This document shows, piece by piece, positions 1 through 10,358 of a stretch of 64,000 nucleotides of DNA. Source of the DNA: Anaerohalosphaeraceae bacterium (GTDB lineage: Bacteria; Planctomycetota; Phycisphaerae; Sedimentisphaerales; Anaerohalosphaeraceae); NCBI GenBank assembly GCA_963675525.2, contig CAXXSL010000016.1, positions 256,001 through 320,000 of the forward strand, given 5' to 3'. Position numbers and translations under genes: made by a program. Positions within the stretch are counted from its first letter, which is position 1. Each line of letters opens with the position of its first letter. A model generated the notes under the pieces. The model had not been told where the DNA came from. It saw only the letters and a program-made list of their open reading frames with translations, and did not search any database.

Positions 1-401
1 TTCTTATTATGATATATCCAGCAGATTAAAGGGAATGCAGTTATACCCACATCATCAATCCACAAATCCCAAGAGACAGGGCCTTCAACAGTAACTTCCT
101 CCCAATCTCCACCAAATCCACCTTCGTAGTGAACCATAATCCCTCCTGTAGTAACTGCAAAGATACAATATGATAAGATCATAATACTAATGAGTAGACG
201 TTTCTTAAATCCAAACCGTGGGCTTCTCCAAGCAAGCCAAGTTAACCAAGGCAATATAAACAAAAAAAAGAGGCCCCAGGAAATAACAGGATGGAAACCA
301 AAACCAACCCTGACCAAAAAAAGGCCAATGGTCGATATGACAAAAATAGCTACGAGCAATAAAACACGGTTTACTTGGGATAAATTAAAGGGGTTAGACA
401 A
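1..401 (-). CDS. Hypothetical membrane protein, runs off the left edge (absent from ORF track)
   Basis: Hand translation: TTG at 401 after AAAGGAGA RBS; frame open to the window edge (MSNPFNLSQVNRVLLLVAIFVISTIGLFLV...WGLFFLFILPWLTWLAW...LLISIMILSYCIFAV...), about 3 hydrophobic segments. Confidence 0.6.
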   Translation of the reverse strand, partial: MSNPFNLSQVNRVLLLVAIFVISTIGLFLVRVGFGFHPVISWGLFFLFILPWLTWLAWRSPRFGFKKRLLISIMILSYCIFAVTTGGIMVHYEGGFGGDWEEVTVEGPVSWDLWIDDVGITAFPLICWIYHNK

Positions 402-995
402 ACTTTTTTATTTCTCCTTTTCAACTAAAAACTCAAAACTATTCTCTGCTAACCCGGCCAATAACCCAGCATCCGCCCCGGCAGCATCAAAATCCTTTCC
501 ATCATTTTCTATTATCAAGCCCAACGTCCGCCAACATCGATAACAGTTCTTCAAGAATGCATCAAAAACCACCGCCTCCGGCGGCTCCAAAATCTTCTGG
601 CTTCTGCCTAAAATCTTATTTTTACAAATTTTACCCGCTATACCCCCAATTGGCAATCACACAAAAAAAGGGCGTTTTAAAAGACTCAATTATGTGATTG
701 TCCGATAAAAAATAGAAATATAAATTAAAAGCGAATAAATACACACAAAAGAGCGGCCTCGTCGTATTAATATATAGAGTTTTCTCCCCTCCGGAAAAGG
801 GACCACAACCATGGGGGGTTACAACACTGACGGTCCCCTTTCTTTCTATCTTAAGTTCCTCTTGTATATTGGCGATGCTTCTACCGCCGCTTGCAACGGC
901 AGTCTGCAGGGGAGAAAACGATCACTGCCCTGAACAGGCGTCACGCTATTTTATCACCTTAAGAAATCATGAACTGCGAAGCCAACAAGCAAACC

Positions 996-1027
996 AAAAA
1001 AAGGACACCCAAATAGGGTGTCCTTTT
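996..1027. terminator. Intrinsic terminator of the pilus operon (possibly bidirectional)
   Basis: AAAAGGACACCC-aaata-GGGTGTCCTTTT perfect hairpin with A/T tracts, just downstream of the secretin stop. Confidence 0.8.
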
Positions 1028-1063
1028 CAAAGGTATCTACTACACGCTTGAGCTAACGTATTT

Positions 1064-2524
1064 TTAGTCTTTTTCTTTTTGCAGTTTCGGCTCCGGAGCC
1101 CGGGGAGAAACAAAGACGGTATTGGCCAGATGCATCTCTTCTTCTTCACTGAGCCCCAGTTCGGTAATCAGATGCGGGGTAATAAAGATGACCAATTCGC
1201 TGTTGACGGTGCTTTCGCCTTCGAACCGGAACAGGCCACCCAGCAGCGGCAGGTCGCCGAGCAACGGCACCTTGTTGATCTGCGTAGACACATCCTGTTT
1301 CTTGAGGCCGCCAATGACGACGGTCTGTCCGTCTCTGATCAGGGCCGTGGTGGTTTGTTCACGTGTGGCAACGATGGGCTGCGGGCTGACACCATTGGTG
1401 CCCTGGATCTGGACATCGCCGGTCTGCACGCTGAATTTCGGATTCAGGTTCATACGGATCAGTCCGTCCCGCGTCAGGTGGGGTGTTACTCGCAATTCGA
1501 CGCCCACTTCACGGAAGGAGGTGGTGCCGATACTGCCACCGGCGCTGGTTTCGGTCAGTTCCTGATACGGAATTTCCTCGATGATCTTGATCTCGGCCTG
1601 CTGGTTGTCCAGCACCATGATACGCGGATTGGCCAGCAGTTTGGCACGGATATCTTCCTGTGAGGCATGCAGCGCGACATCGACATTGATGTGGCTGTTC
1701 ATGATACCATATCGGATCAGCGAGGTTGTATTGGTCTTGCTCGTTGAGCCGGAGAAGGCACCGGAGGTAAACGGATCGGTGACGGATGGCTGGTAGGCAT
1801 TTCCGATCGTTGAGGTCAACGGTGATCCGTTCTGAAACACATCCGAGCCGCTCAGGAAACCGGTATTGGTGCCCGCCTGCCATTCGACACCCAGATCCAT
1901 GTTGTCGGTGGAGGAGATATCATAGATCTTTGCTTCCACCATGATCTGCGGCGTCTCACGGTCGATTTCCTGAACAAAGGCATCAATGGCCTTCATCTTG
2001 CTCTCTGTGTCGGTCACGATGATGTTGCTGGTGGACGGACTGGCAGAGATGGAACCCTGGTCGGAAATAAACTGTTTCAGCGCTTTTTCAACCTGATCAA
2101 CATCGGCATAGGTAATGCGGTAGACCCGGCTCTCGATCTTTTCGTGAATTTGCACGGTATCCTCTTTGGCCATCACGCGGATCATGTTATCCGTTGCCAG
2201 ATAGGTATAGCCCTGTGACTCAAGGATATTGGTGAGGGCCTCTTCCAACGGAACATCCGTCAGCGTCGCCGTGACCGTACCCTGAACTTTCGGGCTTTTA
2301 ATGATATCGACATCGGCCTGCTTGGACAAGATCATCAGAACGTCATCGATCGGGGTGTCTTTGAAATCAATACTGACTTCCTGCTGCATTCGCTGTTGAA
2401 CCGGCGTCAGCAACTCAGGGCGATCCCATTCGGCAGACGACTGCTCTTCGGCACATACTACCGAAACCGCCGCCATCACCACCAAGACAGTTATCATAGT
2501 CCCTATCGTCCCTGTCTTTTTCAT
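1064..2524 (-). CDS. pilQ: Type IV pilus/T2SS secretin (PilQ/GspD family)
   Basis: Signal peptide, N0/N3 domains (IDFKDTPIDDVL; SNIIVTDT), secretin core (QIMVEAKI, LLANPRIMVLDNQQAEI, KVPLLGDLPLLGGLFR, ELVIFITPH). Start set at MKKTG after AAGGA RBS; the ORF track extends to 2563. Confidence 0.9.
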   Translation of the reverse strand: MKKTGTIGTMITVLVVMAAVSVVCAEEQSSAEWDRPELLTPVQQRMQQEVSIDFKDTPIDDVLMILSKQADVDIIKSPKVQGTVTATLTDVPLEEALTNILESQGYTYLATDNMIRVMAKEDTVQIHEKIESRVYRITYADVDQVEKALKQFISDQGSISASPSTSNIIVTDTESKMKAIDAFVQEIDRETPQIMVEAKIYDISSTDNMDLGVEWQAGTNTGFLSGSDVFQNGSPLTSTIGNAYQPSVTDPFTSGAFSGSTSKTNTTSLIRYGIMNSHINVDVALHASQEDIRAKLLANPRIMVLDNQQAEIKIIEEIPYQELTETSAGGSIGTTSFREVGVELRVTPHLTRDGLIRMNLNPKFSVQTGDVQIQGTNGVSPQPIVATREQTTTALIRDGQTVVIGGLKKQDVSTQINKVPLLGDLPLLGGLFRFEGESTVNSELVIFITPHLITELGLSEEEEMHLANTVFVSPRAPEPKLQKEKD

Positions 2525-2566
2525 GTCTTTTCCTTTCCGTTTATTGTTCTTTAATGTATTCAATCT

Positions 2567-3313
2567 TTAACGCTGCACCTGCTGTGTCCAGCGTTTTCCA
2601 TCTTTTTCAAACTCTACCGCATCTTTGGTGATATTGACGATTGTGATGCCATAGAGTTCCTGGCCCTGCTTGAGAATCTGTCCGTCAATAATCGCGGAGG
2701 GATTGTTTTTGCTGAAAACAATGCCGCGTACGGTCAATTGGCTCGGCTCAACGGTATTTTGTCCCTGAACGGGGCGGCTTGGGCCGGGAATCATCGGATT
2801 TCGCATTTCGGCCGGTAACGGCTGGGGGGGCTGCCATCGGACCTGATCCTGCTGATTGGCCTGATTCTGTGTTGCCTGATCGGTTGCGGTGTCGTCAGCG
2901 GCCTTGGCCTTGCTTTGTCCGGTTCCGCCCAATGTGGTAAAGAGTACAACAGCAAACACCAACGACAGAACGCCTACAACAATTGTCATTTTTTTCTGCT
3001 GTGCATTAATCTTGCCCTTTTTAGAACCGTACACCAGTTGTTTGATCTGATCGGTGATCTTCTTGGTTGATTTTTGTTTTGGCGTTTTCACCTGGATCTT
3101 GGGCAGCGGTTTAGGGCGGAGGGTGGATACCGCGGCTGTATTCACGGCCCGGCTCTGTGCCTGGGTTTTCTGCTGCATTGATAATGATTTCAGTGGCTCT
3201 TGTTCAGAAGCCTGCTGCGAAACCGGCGCCGGCATTGACGCCGCAGCGCCCTGAGGTACCGGCACGTCATCAAATATGGACGCAATCTGTTTCTGTAATC
3301 CCGACTTTCTCAT
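2567..3313 (-). CDS. Single-pass membrane protein with C-terminal PilP/GspB-like beta domain
   Basis: Low-complexity N-terminus, one TM helix (MTIVVGVLSLVFAVVLF), C-terminal LTVRGIVFSKNNPSAIIDGQILKQG; occupies the pilP position before the secretin. Confidence 0.6.
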   Translation of the reverse strand: MRKSGLQKQIASIFDDVPVPQGAAASMPAPVSQQASEQEPLKSLSMQQKTQAQSRAVNTAAVSTLRPKPLPKIQVKTPKQKSTKKITDQIKQLVYGSKKGKINAQQKKMTIVVGVLSLVFAVVLFTTLGGTGQSKAKAADDTATDQATQNQANQQDQVRWQPPQPLPAEMRNPMIPGPSRPVQGQNTVEPSQLTVRGIVFSKNNPSAIIDGQILKQGQELYGITIVNITKDAVEFEKDGKRWTQQVQR

Positions 3314-4064
3314 GACAAATCTCTTCCGCTAATTGGTAATATTCTATGGCTCCGAGACATTTCGGATCATACGTTATCACAGACTGACCGGCGCTGGGGG
3401 CTTCGGCCAATCGAACACTTCGATGAATCACCGTCTCGAAAACAAGCGATCCAAAATACTGGCGCATTTGGCGTTCCACATCCTGACTCAGTAAGGTTCT
3501 TCGCTCTGCCAGCGTCAGCAGAATGCCGCGGACCTGAAGGCCCGGATTAAAGCGACCTCGAACGATATCCAGTGTTTCGAGAACCTGCTTAAGGCCCTCG
3601 ATGGCATAATAATGCGTCTGCACCGGAACGATCACTTCGTCGGCGGCGACTAACGCGTTGAGGGTCATCAGACTCAGTGAGGGCGAGCAGTCGATGATGC
3701 AGTAATCAAAAAACGGCTCAACTGTCGCAAAGCGATTTCGGAGCACATATTCCCGATCACTCATCTGGGCAAGCTGTGATTCGGCACCCGACAACAACAC
3801 GTTACAGGGCGCTACGGTCAGGTTGGTGATATTGCTCGGCTGCAAAATATGCGACAGCATGACGTCCGGGTTAACCAGAACATCATACATGGTTTTTTCG
3901 ATGTTTTCGGGGACCAATCCGAATCCCAGCGTGGCATGGCCCTGCGGGTCCAGATCCACAATCAGGGTCCGATACCCTCTGAGCGTCAACGCCGCAGCCA
4001 TGTTCACCGCTGTCGTGGTTTTACCGCATCCACCTTTTTGATTTGTAATCGCAATGGTTTTCAC
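3270..4064 (-). CDS. parA: ParA/Soj family ATPase
   Basis: Deviant Walker A NQKGGCGKTTT, VDLDPQG, IIDCSPS, VRLAEAPS. Confidence 0.9.
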   Translation of the reverse strand: MKTIAITNQKGGCGKTTTAVNMAAALTLRGYRTLIVDLDPQGHATLGFGLVPENIEKTMYDVLVNPDVMLSHILQPSNITNLTVAPCNVLLSGAESQLAQMSDREYVLRNRFATVEPFFDYCIIDCSPSLSLMTLNALVAADEVIVPVQTHYYAIEGLKQVLETLDIVRGRFNPGLQVRGILLTLAERRTLLSQDVERQMRQYFGSLVFETVIHRSVRLAEAPSAGQSVITYDPKCLGAIEYYQLAEEICHEKVGITETDCVHI

Positions 4065-4120
4065 AACTGTTTTCCTGTCTTTTTCCGTACTTACTGTTCC
4101 TGTCGAAATCCCACTTCAGT

Positions 4121-4726
4121 TTATCGGGGGTTTGCACTGGCAACTGAACGGGCTTTATCTTCTGTCGTCAAAAATGAAAGCTGCATTTTTACCTGATTGC
4201 TATTCTGGCTGTTCTCATCCCGGCGAATCACAATATCCTCAATAAATACAACCGGTGTTCCCTGTTCAAGCCGATTGATAAACTGAACAAATCGCAGAAA
4301 AGAGCTGTCAAATTCCACCTCAAGCCAGGCTTCCGTAATTGTCGAGTCCTTCCCAACGGTCGGATAACTCTGAGCTCTTTGGTTTTTGCTCGAGAACTGG
4401 GACAACCCCAATTCGTTGGCAATTTTGCCGATCTCAAAGACCACTGACGTCACGTTATCCTGATGCACGGAAAATCGGCTAATAGACTGCGTGGCTTCTT
4501 CGCACTGTTTTTTTACCTTTTCGCAAATTGCCGGCTCAGTCGCCATTTGTGCTATTTCCAATTGTTCTTTGCTCTCGGTGTACTGCCGCCGGACCTGGGC
4601 AAGCACTTCTTTCTTCGGCACATGCAGCATGTAATAACCGGCCGCTATCACCAAGATGCATCCGGCCCAGGTTCCTGCCAGAGACATGAGGTATTTATTT
4701 TTTCTTATGTCAAATTTTTTCTTCAT
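4121..4726 (-). CDS. pilO: PilO/GspM-like inner membrane alignment protein
   Basis: N-terminal TM helix, coiled coil, ferredoxin-like C-terminus (FVQFINRLE); follows pilM-pilN. Confidence 0.7.
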   Translation of the reverse strand: MKKKFDIRKNKYLMSLAGTWAGCILVIAAGYYMLHVPKKEVLAQVRRQYTESKEQLEIAQMATEPAICEKVKKQCEEATQSISRFSVHQDNVTSVVFEIGKIANELGLSQFSSKNQRAQSYPTVGKDSTITEAWLEVEFDSSFLRFVQFINRLEQGTPVVFIEDIVIRRDENSQNSNQVKMQLSFLTTEDKARSVASANPR

Positions 4727-4728
4727 GT

Positions 4729-5370
4729 TTATCCCTGTTTACGAAGAACACATTCAATTTCATAATAGGTCGCCGAGCGTCCATCCACTTGCCCCTGCTG
4801 CCTTGCAGCCGGCTTAATATCGGCGAATATCCCCGACAGAATCCCGGACTTTTTCATCCGGTCGACGTATTCCCGAATCGCGTTATCACTCTGAACCGGA
4901 TCAAAACCGCAGAGCACTAATTTCAGATTTCGCTGAACAACAAGCCGTTGTGTTATCTCATCGGTCTCGGGGTTTTTTTCTCTTTCCATACCCACTGTTC
5001 GATCTAAATCCATTTCGTAGAGAAAAATATCTTCAGGTAAGGCCTGTGTAAGTTCCACGAGCAAATCACTGGTCTGGATACGATAAGCCAATCCTTTCGT
5101 GATGGCGTCAAGGCATTTACGCATCTCCGCAAATTGTGAATTCATCTGGTAATAGGCCTTGACGGGTTTGACGGAAAGATCTATCGTTTCCTGATTTTTT
5201 CGAATCTCGGTCTTTTGGCGGTTGATCTGAGCACAATCCTGTTGATATGAAGCCGCCCATGCGACCATCGCAATCGCAGGAATCAGGAACGGTACGACTT
5301 TCATCGCCATACTATCCAGACCGCATCGACCGGTTCTTCCTTTTCCTTTAAGTAAATCAATAGCAAACAT
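4729..5370 (-). CDS. pilN: PilN-like protein
   Basis: N-terminal IDLL motif (cf. PilN INLLP), TM helix, coiled coil, LVELTQALPEDIFL; follows pilM. Confidence 0.7.
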   Translation of the reverse strand: MFAIDLLKGKGRTGRCGLDSMAMKVVPFLIPAIAMVAWAASYQQDCAQINRQKTEIRKNQETIDLSVKPVKAYYQMNSQFAEMRKCLDAITKGLAYRIQTSDLLVELTQALPEDIFLYEMDLDRTVGMEREKNPETDEITQRLVVQRNLKLVLCGFDPVQSDNAIREYVDRMKKSGILSGIFADIKPAARQQGQVDGRSATYYEIECVLRKQG

Positions 5371-5371
5371 C

Positions 5372-6478
5372 TTAAATCGTCCTCATTGCCAGGCCCGCAG
5401 CAAGTGCCAAGCCGGCTCCACAGGTTTCTATCAATTCATTCCCTTCCTTCCCCGCGTCCCATCGGATCTTTTCAAACGGGTTCAATATCTGCGTTTGAAC
5501 CGGCATCGCATCCGACAGAAATTCGACAAAGGTATCCACCAGTGAAAATCCGCCGCAAAGATAGATCTTTTCAACCTCGGAGGTTTTTTCCTGGAACGAA
5601 TAAAATCGGAGTGTTTCATTGATCGCCATGGCTAACGGACGGATGGCATTATTCATTGCCAGCAGAATTTTGTTTTGCATCGGGCCGGAATTTTCCTGTC
5701 CGCGAAGTGCCCGGCAAACTTCCTCTTCGGATATCTGGAGTTCCCGGCTGATCCGCTGAATCACCTGTTTGCCAGCATTATTCAAATCACGTACAAACGG
5801 CAAACCGTCTTTGCCGTAAATGATGACATTGGTCAGCGTCCATCCGATGTCGATCACGGCCACGGTACCGTCCGTATCCGCCAGGTTCAATTCATTGAAG
5901 CAATTCAACAGTGCCAACGCATCCGAATCCACCAACAGGGGTTTTGCGCCGGCCTCTGTTAGAATGTGTGTTTTTTCTTTGACCAGATCCTGGGTACAGG
6001 CCACCATCAGGCCGCTACGAGGCAAAACTTTGGCGGCCTTCTGCTCTTCGGTGACTTCTCGATTCTCGACAAGCTGATAATCCAGTGCCATATTTTTGCT
6101 CTCAAAGGGGCAAACCTGCTGAGCTTCCATTCGGACGGCCTGTTCCACGGCCACCTCGGGCAGCGGCGGAAAATTAAATCCTCTTACAACCACTTCGGGC
6201 CCGGCAATCCCGCAAACCACATTGTGACTCTTGAGATTGGCTTTTTTCAAACACTTTTTCACGGCGGCAATGACCTGGGGCTGATCGTTCTTTTGCTCTT
6301 CTGGTTTCGATTCGATCTGTTCCTGAACCGCAGCAGAAACGGTATAGCCATCCGGGGCTTTCAGCAATTGAACCAGTTTGACAGACGTCGATCCGATATC
6401 CAGCCCAACGAGATCAATGTGTGTTTTCAGTTTGTTCAATAATTTTGTCAGCATCATTTTATCCCAATTATTATCCAT
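5372..6478 (-). CDS. pilM: Type IV pilus assembly protein PilM
   Basis: VGLDIGSTSVKLV, VIDIG, IYLCGG, LAAGLAMR actin-like fold motifs. Confidence 0.9.
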   Translation of the reverse strand: MDNNWDKMMLTKLLNKLKTHIDLVGLDIGSTSVKLVQLLKAPDGYTVSAAVQEQIESKPEEQKNDQPQVIAAVKKCLKKANLKSHNVVCGIAGPEVVVRGFNFPPLPEVAVEQAVRMEAQQVCPFESKNMALDYQLVENREVTEEQKAAKVLPRSGLMVACTQDLVKEKTHILTEAGAKPLLVDSDALALLNCFNELNLADTDGTVAVIDIGWTLTNVIIYGKDGLPFVRDLNNAGKQVIQRISRELQISEEEVCRALRGQENSGPMQNKILLAMNNAIRPLAMAINETLRFYSFQEKTSEVEKIYLCGGFSLVDTFVEFLSDAMPVQTQILNPFEKIRWDAGKEGNELIETCGAGLALAAGLAMRTI

Positions 6479-6620
6479 TCCATCAAATCGTCTTTATCGG
6501 ACCTTCTCCTGTTGCATCCTGTTTCCAAAAAAATCATCGACCTTCTCGCAATCGGACTTAACCATCCATTCTGTAAAACAGTCATTACCAAGGCCTGTTT
6601 CAAGTAAACTCTATCTTGAA

Positions 6621-8519
6621 CTAATCATTCGGCTTTTTATCTACCCTGAAATCGCTCCATCCGCCGGGGGTTGTGACGAATTTGCCTTTCAGGCGAACGG
6701 TTCCGGGAATCAGTCCCGACAACATGCGCTTGTCAAAATAATAATTTTTTTCATAGCCGTTTCTTCCGATAATTCCGACAACGCCTCGAATGACCTCCGT
6801 TAAGGTTCCGCGTACAATCAGATCATCTGTAGAACCGGACGTCTCTCTGCCGCCGGGGTATCCGACATTTTCGGCTCCCCATCCACCCCCGCCAATGGTC
6901 ATTGCCGCTTCAAGAACCATCGGGTCGGGCAAGTGACGATGATAATCGCCGTCGGAATACCCGGAATCCTTAATCGCGACAGGCCCATATTCCAAACCTG
7001 TCACGGCAGGCAGCCCTTTTCCCCCTTCGACCCAAACATTTTTGCCCGGAGCCCAAACCGTTTCCTCCGGAACCCATTTCTTCCTTCTTCCTCTTCCGGT
7101 CCAATGGCCCGGTATGGTTTCCCAATGTCCAGGTTCGGTCTCCCAGTGACCGGGCAGGTTTACGACATAATCTTCGACCAGTCCCGGATCAACGACCTTG
7201 ATAACTCCCTGGGTAAATAATCCCAATGCATTAGGATTGTCCATCGCAGGCATTCCATCCGCTTGGCGCGGGTAATTGTCGCCGTTATCATCTTTATCCG
7301 AAACTGTTATTGAGTCGGCGATCCAGATATTCCCCGTAGCAATCACGCAGACCTTGCCCTGAACGACATTCAGCATTGCAATATCCGGATCCGAGAGATT
7401 CTCACTGGCACAGGCAATGACAACACTGCCGTCCACATAGATCATCCCGCACGGCGGCGATTCGATCGCACCGTAATCGGCGAAAATCTGAATGCTCTCA
7501 ATTGTTTCTGTGACCTGTTTTCCGCAGGTTTCGGCATTTTGGGGAATATAATGATAGGCGTAAATCGGATATTTTTCGAATCGTGTCGCACTGGTTCCCG
7601 GCTGAACTTTATAATCGTACGTCCCTGACCCTCCTGTACGGCCCCTCACGGTACAGTCATTGGTTATCCGAACATATCCGACACCGTCGGTGCCCACAAA
7701 AAACTCCAATTGCACGGCCGCCTGGGCCTCGGAGACACTATTATTTTTTTGCGGTTTCAGGACCAGATCCGGACGGTTGTCTCTGACCGTTTCTTGATAC
7801 CATTTTATCTTTTTGTCGATGGACGCTTCGTCTGTAATGAGGCTTTTGGGTTGATCGAACAATATGCCTTCATCGAAAACATTTATGATGTCGCGGTATT
7901 TATCCGATTTGCCCGATGAGTATCGCGACTCCTCCATGGTCACCTCCTGCAAAAAGGTTGGATTGCCGGAAATCGCAATATCCCGCTGTGAATCGTCGAC
8001 GGCCCCATAGGAATTAATATGAATGGGCATGTCAATAATTTCACCGCTCACGAAATAGACCTCATCTGTGGAGATGGTTCCTGTTGGGATGCGGCACATT
8101 CCCATTTCCCAGCCGGATACGCTTTGGGCCACATACACCCGGATACCGCGATGAAAGGTCCCGCAATAGCCGTTGGCCGTCACTTCAAAGATCGGACGGT
8201 ATCCCACAAACCCGTAAAATTCAACATGATAATCGGCCCTCGAATCCGGAAAATTAAAACTGCCGTCCGTCCCGGACATATCCATATCCAGCAGCAGGTC
8301 GGGGTTCTGGCTCATCCAATAGATCGCATTTTCATAGGCCGCCTCAGCCGTTAACATCGCAATCTGTTCATTCTGGAAAAGTAACGACTGAAGCGATGCT
8401 CCTTCCGATATTTTAATCAGCGCAAAACCGAGCAATGACAGTATCACCACCAATATTAAAACCAGCGCCAGGACAGAGCCTTTGGCATGACGGTGTTGTT
8501 TTTTTCGTTGTTTGAGCAT
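6621..8519 (-). CDS. Large PilX-like minor pilin/adhesin, paralog 1
   Basis: Class III-like leader KG|SVLALVLILVVIL lacking E5 (PilX/GspK type), AEAAYENA helix, large beta-rich C-terminal domain. Confidence 0.7.
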   Translation of the reverse strand: MLKQRKKQHRHAKGSVLALVLILVVILSLLGFALIKISEGASLQSLLFQNEQIAMLTAEAAYENAIYWMSQNPDLLLDMDMSGTDGSFNFPDSRADYHVEFYGFVGYRPIFEVTANGYCGTFHRGIRVYVAQSVSGWEMGMCRIPTGTISTDEVYFVSGEIIDMPIHINSYGAVDDSQRDIAISGNPTFLQEVTMEESRYSSGKSDKYRDIINVFDEGILFDQPKSLITDEASIDKKIKWYQETVRDNRPDLVLKPQKNNSVSEAQAAVQLEFFVGTDGVGYVRITNDCTVRGRTGGSGTYDYKVQPGTSATRFEKYPIYAYHYIPQNAETCGKQVTETIESIQIFADYGAIESPPCGMIYVDGSVVIACASENLSDPDIAMLNVVQGKVCVIATGNIWIADSITVSDKDDNGDNYPRQADGMPAMDNPNALGLFTQGVIKVVDPGLVEDYVVNLPGHWETEPGHWETIPGHWTGRGRRKKWVPEETVWAPGKNVWVEGGKGLPAVTGLEYGPVAIKDSGYSDGDYHRHLPDPMVLEAAMTIGGGGWGAENVGYPGGRETSGSTDDLIVRGTLTEVIRGVVGIIGRNGYEKNYYFDKRMLSGLIPGTVRLKGKFVTTPGGWSDFRVDKKPND

Positions 8520-8578
8520 TTTCACTTTTTCTCCTGCGATTATTTCAAACCCATACAATGCGGTCAATCGTCATTGAT

Positions 8579-10345
8579 CTAATTTTGCGGTTTCTCATCT
8601 ACCCTGAAATCACTCCAGCCCCCGGGCACCGTTGCGAACTTTCCCTTCATGCGAACATTGCCGGGAATTAGTCCCGATAACATCCGCTGGTCAAAGTAAT
8701 AATTTTTCAGGAAACCGTCACTGCCGGTTAAGCCGACAACGCCGCGAACCACTTCGGTCAAGGTTCCTCGCACCACTAAGTCGTCCTGGGTACCGCTGGT
8801 TTCCTTTCTGCCGCCGGAGGAGTTTCGTCGGACGTGTTCGGCCCCCCATCCGCCGCCGCCAACTGTTATCGCCGCCTCCAAAACCATCGTTTCCGGTAAA
8901 TGGCGATGATAGGTTCCATCGGCATATCCGGTATCTTTGATCGCGACAGGCTCATAAACCATTCCGCTAACACCTGGAGGATCCCCCAGAGACTCGACCA
9001 TTCCCGGATCAACGACCTTGACAACCCCTCCAGCAAAAAGACCCAGTGCATTGGGGTTGTCCTGAACGGGCATTTTGTCGGACTGGCGAAGAAAACTATT
9101 TCCCGCATCATCCTTGTCTGAAACCGTCACTGAATCGGCAATCCAGATATTACCCGTTGCCACCACCGCCAGTTTACCCTGAACGATATTGAGGTCGGCT
9201 ATTTGCGGTTCGGACAGGTGTTCGCTGGCGCTGCCGACAACGACATTGCCATCCACATAGATCATGCCGCACGGCGGCGATTCAATACTGCCGTATTGCG
9301 ATACGATCTGGATGCTTTCCAGTGTTCGTGTTACCTGCTTACCTGTACTTACCGCATTCTGGGGGATATAATGATAACCATAGATCGGATATTTTTCGAA
9401 TTGCGTCGCATCGGTTCCGGGCTTGACTTTATAATCCCATGTATCCGACCCTGCCGTATACCCTCTGACCGTACAGTCATCGGTCATCCGGACATACCCT
9501 TTGCCGTCCGTACCCACAAAAAACTCTAATTGCACCGCAGGCAATCCCTCGGTAACACTATTGTTCTTTTGCGGCGAGAAGATTAAGTCGGGCCGTTGAG
9601 CATTGATCGTTTCTTTATACCATTGTATCTTTTTACTGATCGAAGCCTCATCTGAAATCAGGCTTTTAGGCTGATCAAACGAAATGCCGTCCGTAAAAAC
9701 ATCCATCACCGTTTGATATTTATCCATCCCGCCCGATGAATGCTGTGATTCTTCCATCGAAACTGATTTTAGAAATACGGGGCTTCCTGAGATAAAGATA
9801 TCCCGATCTGAATCTTTCGGGTCAGCATAGGAATTGATGTGAATCGGCATATCCACGATTTCCCCATCCACAAAATATACCGGCGTTGTTGCGGCGCTGT
9901 TGCTCGGCACCCGGCACATTCCCATTTCCCACCCTGAAACCGCCTGCGTGACATACACACGAATGCTGCGGTGATAGGACCCGCAATATCCGTCAGCGGT
10001 GACTTCAAATACCGGACGATATCCTATAAAACCGGAGAACTTCACCTCATAGTCAGCTCTTGAACCCGGAAACGTAAGGGTGCCGTTCGTACCGGACACA
10101 TCCATATCCAGCAGAAGGTCGGGGTTTCCGCTCATCCAGAAAATGGCTTTTTCGTATGCGGCCTCTGCGCTGGACATCGCGATACTTTCATTCTGGAAAA
10201 GAACCGCCTGCAGCGCCATCCCTTCGGTGATTTTAATAACCGCCAGCCCAATCAACATCAGGATCAGTATGATAATCAAAACAAGCGCCAAAGCAAATCC
10301 TTTGGGCTGAATTCGTATACGATTGTGCTTTCCGGTAATTTTCAT
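8579..10345 (-). CDS. Large PilX-like minor pilin/adhesin, paralog 2
   Basis: KG|FALALVLIIIL leader; colinear with and highly similar to 6621-8519. Confidence 0.7.
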   Translation of the reverse strand: MKITGKHNRIRIQPKGFALALVLIIILILMLIGLAVIKITEGMALQAVLFQNESIAMSSAEAAYEKAIFWMSGNPDLLLDMDVSGTNGTLTFPGSRADYEVKFSGFIGYRPVFEVTADGYCGSYHRSIRVYVTQAVSGWEMGMCRVPSNSAATTPVYFVDGEIVDMPIHINSYADPKDSDRDIFISGSPVFLKSVSMEESQHSSGGMDKYQTVMDVFTDGISFDQPKSLISDEASISKKIQWYKETINAQRPDLIFSPQKNNSVTEGLPAVQLEFFVGTDGKGYVRMTDDCTVRGYTAGSDTWDYKVKPGTDATQFEKYPIYGYHYIPQNAVSTGKQVTRTLESIQIVSQYGSIESPPCGMIYVDGNVVVGSASEHLSEPQIADLNIVQGKLAVVATGNIWIADSVTVSDKDDAGNSFLRQSDKMPVQDNPNALGLFAGGVVKVVDPGMVESLGDPPGVSGMVYEPVAIKDTGYADGTYHRHLPETMVLEAAITVGGGGWGAEHVRRNSSGGRKETSGTQDDLVVRGTLTEVVRGVVGLTGSDGFLKNYYFDQRMLSGLIPGNVRMKGKFATVPGGWSDFRVDEKPQN

Positions 10346-10358
10346 TTTGTTTCGCCAT

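Noticed and set aside
190..656. ORFs 190-543(+) and 408-656(-)
   Set aside because: 190-543 is antisense to the better-supported membrane protein at 1-401; 408-656 has no recognisable motif or RBS
796..842. AAGGGACC...GGTCCCCTT stem as a riboswitch
   Set aside because: No recognisable aptamer consensus; a single imperfect stem
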